64,000 bases of DNA from Candidatus Krumholzibacteriia bacterium (GTDB lineage: Bacteria > Krumholzibacteriota > Krumholzibacteriia > LZORAL124-64-63), in NCBI GenBank assembly GCA_046484865.1, contig JAWOID010000071.1, positions 1 through 64,000 on the forward strand, in the 5' to 3' direction. Position numbers and translations under genes: made by a program. The notes below the pieces were generated by a model. It did not search any database. It saw only the letters and a list, made by a program, of their open reading frames with translations, and was not told where the DNA came from. Position 1 is the first letter of the stretch. The number at the start of each line of letters is the position of its first letter. This document shows, one piece after another, positions 19,471 through 34,785 of this stretch.

Positions 19471-22065
19471 TCACCGCATCAGCGTGACCTTGCGGTGGTC
19501 CACCCCGCCCGGCCCCTCCAGGCGCCAGATGTAGACACCGGCCGCCACGCGCCGGCCACCGCCGTCCAGGCCGTCCCATGACCGGGTGACCGGCCCCGGC
19601 GGCATCTCGTCGCGCATCAGATCACGCACCAGGCGCCCGCGGACATCGAACAGGCCGAGCCGCACCTGGCCCGCGGCGGGCACGACGAAGGCCACCACCT
19701 GCGCGCCGCTGTCGCCGGGCAGGAACGGGTTGGGCGCCGCGGCCGTGATGCGCGGCGCTGCGCCGGGAACCTCCGGGCCGACGGGCTCCACCTCGCCGAA
19801 GGCCACGATCTCCACGTCGTCGATGTTCCAGCCGCAGTAGCGACCGAAGGAGTCGGTGGGCCCCATGGTCCAGCGGACGAACACGCGCGGCTGATCGTCG
19901 GCCACCGCCGAGATGTCCAGGCTCACCGGAACCCACGTGCCGTCGGTGATCTGCACCGTGTTCTGCCAGATCGGGGTGAAGCGGATGCCGTCGACACTCA
20001 CGGCCACCGCGGCCTGGTCGGGGGGCAAGCCCACGCCCAGCCAGCGCTGGAAGCGCAGCTGCACACCCGAGAGTCCGCGGCAATTCAGGGCCGTGGTGGT
20101 GAGGTGGCGCGCCGGCATGCCGTTGTCGTAGTCGCCGGCCAGGTTGAATCCCAGCACATTCTCTCCCGTGTGCCCGCTCGTGGGATCGGGAGGACCGAAC
20201 TCGCCGCCCTCGCCCTGGGGAACCCCGAACTCCCAGCCCGGGTCGCGGAGCCACCCCGGATCGGTCTCGAGATCGAAGACATGCTCAGCCTCCAGCGGCC
20301 CCACCTGCAGTTCCACCGCTCGGGACGTGTCGCCGGTACCGTCGGTGAGGTTCACGAAGCGCAGGCGCCCCCGGTAGAGCCCCGGCGGCTGGTCGGCGGC
20401 GCCGGCAGCGAGCGCCACCGTGACCGTGACCGTCTCGCCGGGCGGGACCACCCCGCTGCCGCCAGTCACCGTCAACCACTCCACATCGGCGGTGACGCTG
20501 TACTGCAGCAGCACCGAGGTGCCGTTGCTGACCGTGTACTCGAAGCTCGCGGGGGTGAAGGGTCCGCCGGGATCGCCGGCTGCGATCAGGACCCCGCCCG
20601 GCTGCACCGACAGGCCCATCGGGTCCAACAGGTCGAGCGTGAACACGCCCAGGTCCAGCGGGTCGAGCCAGTCGCGCAGACGCGCGCCCGGTGCACCGCC
20701 TCCATCCCAGGAGACCGACAGGCGGCCGTACCAGTCCGGAAGGACGTTGCCGCAGGCGGCGTATCCGCCGTGGAGCTGCCCGACCACGCGGCCGTTCTGG
20801 TCGAAGAGCGGCGAGCCGCTGGAACCGCGCTCGGTGGTGCCGATCTCCCAGTTCCCCACCCGGATGTGGCTGCCATCGCCGGGCGAGAGGTCGTCCAGGT
20901 AGGAGGTGGTGGTCGCGGGGTCGTGATCGAAGCTGATGGCCTTCTCGTCCGTGTTCGGATGGTGGATGGCCACGGACGATGACGGATCCTGAGCGCTCCG
21001 ATCCCAGCCGGCGTAGCTGACGGCGAACTCGGGCCGCGGCGGATCGTCGAGTTCCACCAGCGTGAAGTCCGTCCGGAGGCTTCGCGCCCGCAGGTCGGCA
21101 CCGGTCTGGTACTGGCCCAGGCTGCCGGGCGCGACGCCGCCGCACTCGGCGCGCTCGAAGTTCCAGTACACCACCATGCTCGGCGCGGTCACCTCGTCGA
21201 TGGCACAGTGATAGGCCGTCAGGAAGTACGGCGTGGCGTCCTGGGCCGTGTTGTTCACCAGGAATCCCGTGCACACCGTCGAGCCGCCGCGGGAGTACAC
21301 GGCCACGCTGCGGATGTGAGTCCGCCAGGGGTCACCTTCGGGACATGCCACGTCGACGTTGCAGGCACCCGACTTGTCCCCGTCGACCTCCCCGCCGCCG
21401 CGAGCGGCCCTGGTGAAGAAACGGTAGCCGCGGCCGACGGACGCCAGCTCCAGCTCCACGAGATGCGCCACGCCGGCGTCCACCTCCAGCTCCACCACCA
21501 GTTCGTCGCCCAGGACGACCGGAGTCCACAGCTCGCCGTGGGCCTCGTTGTCGTCCGCGGTGTAGGCCTGGACGATCCCCTCGCCGTCGGCCGGGTAGAT
21601 CCTCAGCACCGCACCCCAGGGCAGGTGGAAGCGCCGGAACCCCAGGTTCAGACTTTCGCTGCCCGGACAGCCGACCCGCAACCTCCACAGCCGACGGTCG
21701 GGTCCGAGCCACTCCCAGGCGCCCTGATCGGCGGGACTGATGGCCACGGTCTCGGGGACCGCGAAGCGGTAGGGTTCGCCGGCGGCCTCGCGCCGCGCAT
21801 CCTCGGCGGCGAGTGCCGCCCGGTCGGGAAGCGCCAGCGCCCGCTGCGGCACCTGGCCCAGCGGCTGAACCGTCCACCGGTCCGCCGCCGGCCGGGCCAG
21901 GTCTGCAGGCAGTCCGGGCGCGGCGGAGGTCCGCCGCTCGACGCCCGCGCGGTCGCGGGCGATCGGCTGGCCCTGGGCGACGTCGCAGAGGGCCGGCGCT
22001 CCCGCCAGGAGCGCCAGCAGAAACAGGACGACTGGGCGGCGCCGGGCCGGCCACTCGGGTCGCAT
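19471..22065 (-). CDS. Secreted lysyl endopeptidase-like S1 serine protease with BACON-like, jelly-roll and FlgD-Ig/CTD-like domains
   Basis: Signal peptide and propeptide; SGACNVDV mature start; catalytic LTAYHC, DFTL and GSSGSP; C-terminal AAPNPF...FDVRGR...WDG...GVY. Confidence 0.85.
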   Translation of the reverse strand: MRPEWPARRRPVVLFLLALLAGAPALCDVAQGQPIARDRAGVERRTSAAPGLPADLARPAADRWTVQPLGQVPQRALALPDRAALAAEDARREAAGEPYRFAVPETVAISPADQGAWEWLGPDRRLWRLRVGCPGSESLNLGFRRFHLPWGAVLRIYPADGEGIVQAYTADDNEAHGELWTPVVLGDELVVELEVDAGVAHLVELELASVGRGYRFFTRAARGGGEVDGDKSGACNVDVACPEGDPWRTHIRSVAVYSRGGSTVCTGFLVNNTAQDATPYFLTAYHCAIDEVTAPSMVVYWNFERAECGGVAPGSLGQYQTGADLRARSLRTDFTLVELDDPPRPEFAVSYAGWDRSAQDPSSSVAIHHPNTDEKAISFDHDPATTTSYLDDLSPGDGSHIRVGNWEIGTTERGSSGSPLFDQNGRVVGQLHGGYAACGNVLPDWYGRLSVSWDGGGAPGARLRDWLDPLDLGVFTLDLLDPMGLSVQPGGVLIAAGDPGGPFTPASFEYTVSNGTSVLLQYSVTADVEWLTVTGGSGVVPPGETVTVTVALAAGAADQPPGLYRGRLRFVNLTDGTGDTSRAVELQVGPLEAEHVFDLETDPGWLRDPGWEFGVPQGEGGEFGPPDPTSGHTGENVLGFNLAGDYDNGMPARHLTTTALNCRGLSGVQLRFQRWLGVGLPPDQAAVAVSVDGIRFTPIWQNTVQITDGTWVPVSLDISAVADDQPRVFVRWTMGPTDSFGRYCGWNIDDVEIVAFGEVEPVGPEVPGAAPRITAAAPNPFLPGDSGAQVVAFVVPAAGQVRLGLFDVRGRLVRDLMRDEMPPGPVTRSWDGLDGGGRRVAAGVYIWRLEGPGGVDHRKVTLMR

Positions 22066-22179
22066 GGGGGATCCTCTCGCAGCGGGGTGGCGTTGCGGGT
22101 CCGCTTCAAGGATAAGCCGCAGCGGCCCCGGAGGACAACCCGAACCCCGGACCCGGCCCCGCGGCGACGCGCCGGCAGG

Positions 22180-23184
22180 CTAAACGTGATTGCGCAGCAT
22201 CAGTTCCTTCGGCGAGGGCCGCAGGTAGACCTGATCGAGGACGTAGCCCACGTCGTGCAACTCGAGATAATGATGGATCAGGGTGAGCGGCACGATCAGC
22301 GGGACGAGCTGGGCGCGGTAGTCCTCCACCACGGCGAGGATCTGCCGGCGCTCGGCAGCGTCGAGGTGCTCGCGCAGGTAGCCCAGGATGTGCTGCATGA
22401 CGTTGACGTTCTTCGGCACCGTGGCATGCTGGGCCAGGGCGGACATGTAGAGTTCGCTGTACAGACGCCGGAACTCGGCCGGCTCGTGGTCCTTGACGGC
22501 CGCCACGAGACGCCCGAGTTCCTGGTAATGCTCGGGGCTGTGGGCGAGCAGCAGGTACTTCTCGGCGGCGTGGAACGCCACCACCTCGCCGCGCCGGAAG
22601 CGGCCGCGAAAGAGCGCCTGCAGGCGATGATAGGCGAAGACCCGCACCACGAAGTTCTCGCGCAGGGCGGGGTCGTTCAGGCGGCCCTCCTCCTCCACCG
22701 GCAAGTGCGGCATCATCTCCAGCAGCGCCGCCGCGAAGAGCCCGCGCCCCTGCTTCAGGGGCATCCCTTCGGCGGAGTAGACCTTCACGCGCTCCATGCC
22801 GCAACTCGGCGAGCGGTTCTTCAGGATGTACCCGCTCAGCTCGAGACGCTGCAACTGTTCCACGCGGCGGCGGCTGTATGCTTCCATGCGCTCGGTCCAG
22901 TCGTCTCCCGAACCGGTGCCGACCATGCGGACGCGCGAGGGGTCGTGCGGGTCGCCCACCAGCCTGACCGCCTCCCGCGGCACTCCCATCCCCACCTCGA
23001 GCTCGGGACAGACCGGCACGAACTCGAAGTAGCGCCCGAGCAGGTCGGTCACGTAATGGTCGAGCTTGTGGCCGCCGTTGTAGCGCACCTCCCGCCCCAG
23101 CAGGCACGTGCTCACACCCACCCGCAGGGGCAGCGGAGGCTCCGGCGCGGCCCGGGGATCTCGTCGCTCTCCTGTCTCCGTCAT
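22180..23184 (-). CDS. ybgA: DUF523 (TudS)-DUF1722 fusion, YbgA family
   Basis: GVSTCLLG, VCPE, SPSCG, EEEGRL, NVMQHILGY and LRNHV motifs; ATGA overlap with photolyase. Confidence 0.9.
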   Translation of the reverse strand: MTETGERRDPRAAPEPPLPLRVGVSTCLLGREVRYNGGHKLDHYVTDLLGRYFEFVPVCPELEVGMGVPREAVRLVGDPHDPSRVRMVGTGSGDDWTERMEAYSRRRVEQLQRLELSGYILKNRSPSCGMERVKVYSAEGMPLKQGRGLFAAALLEMMPHLPVEEEGRLNDPALRENFVVRVFAYHRLQALFRGRFRRGEVVAFHAAEKYLLLAHSPEHYQELGRLVAAVKDHEPAEFRRLYSELYMSALAQHATVPKNVNVMQHILGYLREHLDAAERRQILAVVEDYRAQLVPLIVPLTLIHHYLELHDVGYVLDQVYLRPSPKELMLRNHV

Positions 23185-24560
23185 CCGTCCGCCTCCCGCG
23201 CCAGCTCCTGTACCCGCTCGATGTAACGGTCCACGCGGAACTTGCGCCTGCAGCCGTTCGCGCTCATCGCCCGCACCTTCCCGAACACGGGCCGCTCGGG
23301 CCAGGGCCGATCGTGCAGCCCACCGACGCTCCACGCGCAGCCCACGTATCCATTCGGGTCGCGCCCATCCAACTCGTACCGGTCGTTGAGGGTGATGGCC
23401 GCCTGCAGCGCCGCCTCGGGATCAGGCGACCAGGCCAGGATCATCTTGGCCCAGTACATCCGCAAGTACCCGTGCATCTTGCCACGAACCAGCAGCTCCT
23501 GCTGCGCCGCGTTCCAGAGCGGGTCGTGCGTGGCGGCCGCCTCCAGAGAGCCCAGATCGTAGACGTGTTCGCGCGGATCGTCGGCGTGCTCGTCCAGGGT
23601 ACGCCGGCCCCACTCCGGCAGCGCCTCCCATGTATCGTAACGCGGCTCGTGATGGCAGAAGTTGTCGGCCAGTTCACGCCGCACGATCAGCTCTTCCAGG
23701 AAGGCGTCGCGGTCGGCGGCCGGCGCCGCGGCCCGCTGCGCCTCCCACGCCGCCCGGCGCGGTGCGAGCTGTCCGAAGCGGAGATAGGGTGAGAGATCCG
23801 ACTGCCCCTGCCACGCGGCATCGTTCCGGCCCCGGTCGTAACCCTCGAGGCGCTCGCGGAGGAACGCGGCCAGGGCCGCCCCGGCAGGTCCCTCTCCCGG
23901 TGGGAAGACGTCGTGGTCCCGGCCATCCGCCGCCGCCCGGGAGACGCTGGACACCGCGCCAGGATCGGGTGCGGCCGCCGCAGCCGGCCACGGGGCAGGC
24001 GCCGGGAGCGGCGCTCCGACCGGCTCCGTGAGGAACGCGGGCAGAAGCCGGCGCAGCTTCGGTCGCAGGGTGCGGGCGGCGTATTCTCGCCGGTCCGAAG
24101 CCCGCCAGACCGGCACCACGTTGTGCGCGTCGACCTCCTCGCAGAGGACGTCCAGCCGGTGCGCAGCGGCCTCGCTCCAGCGGCGGATCGGCCGCAAGGG
24201 CGAGTAGTCCGCCACCACGGCGCCCGCGCCCACCCGCGCCGCCAGGGCGGGCACCTCCGCGCCCGGATCGCCCGTGAGCAGGAAGAACGGGATGCCCTGG
24301 CCCGCGAGCTCGCGGGCGCATCCGGCGAGCCCGTTCAGCAGGAAGCGGTCGTGCCGCCGCGAGACGCCCAGGCAGTCGGGGCCCAGGGCGAAGCAGACCC
24401 CCAGCGGCGCGCCCTGCTCCGCGGCCAGCTCCCAGGCGCGGCGCAGGGCGTCGTTGTCACGCGCCCGCTGATCGCGTCGCATCCAGTACAGGACCGGCCC
24501 CGGCCCCGGCGCCGCCGCGTTCAGCGGTCGCACCCGGTCCGGATGGACGGGACTGGGCAT
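23181..24560 (-). CDS. phrB: Class II CPD deoxyribodipyrimidine photolyase
   Basis: VLYWMRRDQRARDN, VDAHNVVP, SDLSPYLRFGQ, RRELADNF, HGYLRMYWAK and DGRDPNG class II motifs. Confidence 0.92.
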   Translation of the reverse strand: MPSPVHPDRVRPLNAAAPGPGPVLYWMRRDQRARDNDALRRAWELAAEQGAPLGVCFALGPDCLGVSRRHDRFLLNGLAGCARELAGQGIPFFLLTGDPGAEVPALAARVGAGAVVADYSPLRPIRRWSEAAAHRLDVLCEEVDAHNVVPVWRASDRREYAARTLRPKLRRLLPAFLTEPVGAPLPAPAPWPAAAAAPDPGAVSSVSRAAADGRDHDVFPPGEGPAGAALAAFLRERLEGYDRGRNDAAWQGQSDLSPYLRFGQLAPRRAAWEAQRAAAPAADRDAFLEELIVRRELADNFCHHEPRYDTWEALPEWGRRTLDEHADDPREHVYDLGSLEAAATHDPLWNAAQQELLVRGKMHGYLRMYWAKMILAWSPDPEAALQAAITLNDRYELDGRDPNGYVGCAWSVGGLHDRPWPERPVFGKVRAMSANGCRRKFRVDRYIERVQELAREADG

Positions 24561-24651
24561 GCCGACTCCTCGCATGGTCGGGGTCCGGGTGACCCTTCGA
24601 GGTCAACACGGAAGGGTAACTGCGACCGCCGCAGGTGGCCATTGCTGCGGG

Positions 24652-29187
<4,536 letters not shown>

Positions 29188-29314
29188 GCTTCGACTCCGG
29201 GGTGCGGACTGCGTCCTGGCCCGTGGACAAACCGATTCCGGAGTGATGTATCGTTCGATCGCGGAGAGGCTTTCGCGAAATCTCGCTCTCGTCCCGGCGG
29301 CCGCACCCGGTCCT

Positions 29315-30943
<1,629 letters not shown>

Positions 30944-31081
30944 GGTCGCCGTCCTCACGGAACTGCGGAGGTGCGTGGGGGAACCGTTCGAGTCGCGAAT
31001 CTATCATCCGCCGGCTCGGTTGACCAGCCGGGCCGGCCGATGCGCAGCTCCGTCGCGGCGGGGCGTCAGCGCCGCCCGGGT

Positions 31082-31918
31082 TCAGCGCGTGGCCAGCGGC
31101 GACGGACCCGACGGCGGAGGCAAGGCCGTCTCCAGCTCACGACGATCGTCGTCGCCGAGCCTCAGGTCGCGAGCGGCGGCATCATCCTCCACGTGTTGCA
31201 CGCTGCCCGCCTTCGGGAACGTCACCACGCCCTCCTGCTCGAGGAGCCAGGCCAGAGCCACCTGAGCCGGTGTGGCGCGGCGCCGCTCCGCCACCGCGCA
31301 GACGACCGGGTGGCGCAGCAGATCGCCGCCGTCGAAGGGGGAGTATGCCATCACCGGCACGCCGTGCTCCCGGCACCACGGCAGCAGGTCCCATTCCGGG
31401 CCGCGCTCGCCCAGGCCGTAGTACACCTGGTTCACCGCCACGCTCTCGCCCCCCGGCAGCCTCTCGGCGCGCTCCATCATGGCCCGGTCGAAGTTGCTCA
31501 CCCCGTAGTGGCGGATCTTGCCATCCCGCACCAGATCCGCGAAGGCCGCGAGGGTGTCCTCGAGCAGGTGCGGCCCGGGCCAGTGCAGGAGATAAAGGTC
31601 GAGATGATCGGTCTGCAGGCGGCGCAGCGACGCTTCGCAGGCGCGGCGGGTCCCCTCGCGCGAGGCGTTTACCGGCAGGACCTTGCTGACCAGCACCGCC
31701 TGGTCGCGCCGGCCGCGCAGTGCTTCTCCCACCAGCTCCTCCGCCGCACCGTCGCCGTACATCTCGGCGGTGTCCACCAGCAGCAGGCCGAGATCCAGCC
31801 CGCGCTGCAGGGCGGCCAGCTCCTTTCGCCGGCGGCTGCGGTCCTCCCCCATGCGCCACGTTCCCAGTCCCAGGCGCGGGAGCGCCAGGCCGGTGCGTGT
31901 GGTCACCCTCTCGGTCAT
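31082..31918 (-). CDS. Aldo/keto reductase
   Basis: GLGTW, DTAEMYG, SK, DLYLLHW, GVSNF and AYSP motifs. Confidence 0.92.
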   Translation of the reverse strand: MTERVTTRTGLALPRLGLGTWRMGEDRSRRRKELAALQRGLDLGLLLVDTAEMYGDGAAEELVGEALRGRRDQAVLVSKVLPVNASREGTRRACEASLRRLQTDHLDLYLLHWPGPHLLEDTLAAFADLVRDGKIRHYGVSNFDRAMMERAERLPGGESVAVNQVYYGLGERGPEWDLLPWCREHGVPVMAYSPFDGGDLLRHPVVCAVAERRRATPAQVALAWLLEQEGVVTFPKAGSVQHVEDDAAARDLRLGDDDRRELETALPPPSGPSPLATR

Positions 31919-32052
31919 CGCATCGCTCCCTTCGGCGGCAGGGCGCCGGCTCGCGTGGCTCCAGGCGAACGCCTGGCGCGCCCGGCCCGCCCCCCTGTAT
32001 CATGGCAAGATCGGAGCGAGGGCCCCTCACGCGCCACCTGCGGGGAGAGGAC

Positions 32053-33123
32053 ATGCGCTACAAGCTGCTCGGCCGCAGCGGTCTTCGCGTCAGCGAGATC
32101 TGTCTGGGCACCATGACGTTCGGCACCGACTGGCCCATCGGCGTGGACGAGGCGACCGCGCGGGCCGTCTTCGATGCGTTCCGGGAGGCGGGCGGGAACT
32201 TCCTGGACACAGCCAACCGCTATACCGACGGCAGCAGCGAGGAGTTCGTCGGCCGCTTCGTCGCCGCCGAGCGCGATCGGTGGGTGCTCGGCACCAAGTA
32301 CACGCTGGCCACCGATCCGTCCGACGTCAACGCCTGCGGCAACCACCGCAAGAACCTGGTCCAGGCCCTCGAGGCGAGCCTGCGGCGGTTGCGGACCGAC
32401 CGCGTGGACGTCTTCTGGGTGCATGCCTGGGATGCGCTCACGCCGGTCGAGGAGGTCATGCGCGCGCTGGACGACCAGGTGCGCCTGGGCAAGGTGCTGT
32501 ACGTGGGGATCAGCGACGCGCCGGCCTGGTGGATCGCCCGCGCGAACACGCTGGCCGAGCTGCGAAACTGGAGCCCCTTCGCCGCGGTGCAGTTGAAGTA
32601 CAGCCTCCTCGAGCGTACCGCCGAGCGCGAGTTGCTGCCCATGGCGCAGGCGCTCGATCTGGCGGTCACCACCTGGGGTTCCCTGGGCGGGGGTTTCCTG
32701 TCCGGCAAGTACCACGACGCACAGGGCCGGCGCCGCCCGAAAGCGGACGTGGAGAGTCGACGCGAGGGCGTGGGCGAGCGCGAGAGCGAACGCGAGGACG
32801 CGGTGGTGCGCGCGGTCATGGACGTGGCCCGGGAGCTGGAACGTCCCGCGGCTCACGTGGCCCTGACCTGGGTCCGACAGCGGCCCGGGGTGATGATCCC
32901 GGTCGTGGGCGCACGCACGGCGGAACAGTTGCGGGAGAACCTGGGCTGCCTCGACGTGCGGCTGGACGACGACCAGCTGCGCCGCCTGGACGAGGCCGGC
33001 GCGATCGACCTCGGCTTCCCGCGCGCGTTCCTGCGGCAGGATGCGATCCGCCGCCTGGTCCACGGCGACGATCCGGAACGGGTGGACGACCACCGCCGCG
33101 GGCGGCGCGGACCGACCATCTGA
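32053..33123 (+). CDS. Aldo/keto reductase (aryl-alcohol dehydrogenase-like)
   Basis: LGRSGLRVSEICLGTMTFG, DTANRY, TKY and GKVLYVGISD motifs. Confidence 0.92.
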   Translation: MRYKLLGRSGLRVSEICLGTMTFGTDWPIGVDEATARAVFDAFREAGGNFLDTANRYTDGSSEEFVGRFVAAERDRWVLGTKYTLATDPSDVNACGNHRKNLVQALEASLRRLRTDRVDVFWVHAWDALTPVEEVMRALDDQVRLGKVLYVGISDAPAWWIARANTLAELRNWSPFAAVQLKYSLLERTAERELLPMAQALDLAVTTWGSLGGGFLSGKYHDAQGRRRPKADVESRREGVGERESEREDAVVRAVMDVARELERPAAHVALTWVRQRPGVMIPVVGARTAEQLRENLGCLDVRLDDDQLRRLDEAGAIDLGFPRAFLRQDAIRRLVHGDDPERVDDHRRGRRGPTI

Positions 33124-33184
33124 GCTCGCCTGCCCTGCCGGCGTCGCCGTCCGTGCCCCGCAATTCGTCGCCGGCGGCGATGCA

Positions 33185-33254
33185 GCGGTCCCCGCCCGAG
33201 ACGCGGCGGCGTTCCCCGCCGGACACGGCGGCGGTCCCCGCCCGAGACACGGCG
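33185..33254. repeat. Three imperfect tandem 22-24-bp repeats
   Basis: GCGGTCCCCGCCCGAGACGCGGCG / GCGTTCCCCGCCGGACACGGCG / GCGGTCCCCGCCCGAGACACGGCG with no spacers. Confidence 0.75.
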
Positions 33255-33343
33255 GCGCCCGGTTTCCCACCTGACAGTGCGTCTCCCGCCAGCTATGGTG
33301 GCAACCGTCCTGGGCACCCAACCCGTCCGCGAGGAGAGCCGTC

Positions 33344-34648
33344 ATGAACCAGCATCTGCATCGCGTAGCGCTGATCGGCGCGGTACTCGTCGCCGCGTCC
33401 GGCGGGGTCGCCGCCGCCGGAGACGAACCGCGACCGGAGCGCCGTGACCAGCCCGTCTACCGGCCGGCCAACCGCTACCCGGTCCTCGAGGAGATCGAGG
33501 CGGCGCGGGCCACGCAGCAGGCCATCCGCGACTCGCTGAAGGCCGCCGCCGACGCCCGGCACGCCGCCGAGTCCGAGCGCCGCGAGGACGAGGCGCGCTC
33601 GCTGCGGGTGGACCTCTCCGCGTTCGATCTGCCGCCGTCCCCGGAGATCTTCCCGACCGCCTGGCACACCCCGCCCCTGCCGCAGTACTTCACGGGCACC
33701 TGCTGGGCCTTCTGCTCGGTTTCGCTGCTGGAATCCGAGATCCAGCGCCGACACGGCCGCGAGGTGAAGCTGTCGGAGATGTGGATCGTCTACCACGAGT
33801 ACCTCGAGAAATCCCGCCGCTTCCTGCGCGAGTACGGCCACAGCGCGGTGGCCGAGGGGAGCCAGGATCACGGCACGCTGGAGGTCATGGAGAAGTACGG
33901 CCTGGTGCCCGCCGAGGCGTATCGCGGCGTCCTGCAGGAGGACGGCCGATTCGACCACGAGCCGCTGCTCCAGGAGCTGAAGGGCTATCTCGTCTGGGTG
34001 CGCGACAGCGGCACCTGGGACGAGCCGACCAATCTCGCCGCCGTGCGGGCGATCCTCGACCGGCACCTGGGATCGCCGCCCGGCCGCTTCGCCTGGCGCG
34101 GCCGCGAGTACGAACCCGAGAGCTTTCGGGACGAGGTCGTCGGCCTCGACGCCGACGAGTACGTGAGCTGCGTGTCGCGGCTGGATGAGCCGTTCGGCGC
34201 CTTCGTCCTGCTGGACGTTCCCGACAACTGGCGGCGCAGATCCGACTACCTCAACCTGCCTCTCGACGCCTGGTACGGCGCGTTGCGCGGAGCGGTGACG
34301 GACGGTTACACGGTGACGCTGGGCGGCGACGTCTCCGAGCCCGGGCTCGACGGTCACCACGACGTCGCCGTGATCCCTTCCTTCGACATCCCGGCCGCCG
34401 CCATCGACCAGGGCGCGCGCGAGTTCCGCATCGCCACCCGCCAGACCACCGACGATCACGGCGTGCACGCGGTGGGCTACGTGCGCCACGGCGGGGCCGA
34501 CTGGTTCCTGATCAAGGACTCGAATCGCTCCAGCCGGCTGGGTCGCTTCGAGGGCTACTACTTCTACCACGGCGACTACGTCAAGCTGAAGACGCTCGCC
34601 TTCCTGGTGCACCGGGACCGGCTGCGGGACCTGCTGCCGCAGGAATGA
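33344..34648 (+). CDS. Secreted C1-family (papain/aminopeptidase C-like) cysteine peptidase
   Basis: Signal peptide; QYFTGTCWAF (oxyanion Gln, catalytic Cys); DDHGVHAVGY (His); FLIKDS. Confidence 0.85.
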   Translation: MNQHLHRVALIGAVLVAASGGVAAAGDEPRPERRDQPVYRPANRYPVLEEIEAARATQQAIRDSLKAAADARHAAESERREDEARSLRVDLSAFDLPPSPEIFPTAWHTPPLPQYFTGTCWAFCSVSLLESEIQRRHGREVKLSEMWIVYHEYLEKSRRFLREYGHSAVAEGSQDHGTLEVMEKYGLVPAEAYRGVLQEDGRFDHEPLLQELKGYLVWVRDSGTWDEPTNLAAVRAILDRHLGSPPGRFAWRGREYEPESFRDEVVGLDADEYVSCVSRLDEPFGAFVLLDVPDNWRRRSDYLNLPLDAWYGALRGAVTDGYTVTLGGDVSEPGLDGHHDVAVIPSFDIPAAAIDQGAREFRIATRQTTDDHGVHAVGYVRHGGADWFLIKDSNRSSRLGRFEGYYFYHGDYVKLKTLAFLVHRDRLRDLLPQE

Positions 34649-34785
34649 CGGGAATGAGTCGATCCGGGGCGGCGGATCCGGTGCTTCGACCCGAGATTGT
34701 CCGGTGACCGCCAGGTGGTACGCTCGACCGAGCGCTCCGCTCGCCTGGGCGCGCCGGTCGGCGTGACTGCAACCGAGGACCAGCC

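Noticed and set aside
33185..33254. CRISPR array (GTTCCCCGC resembles a type I-E repeat start)
   Set aside because: No spacers, units too short and variable, no cas genes
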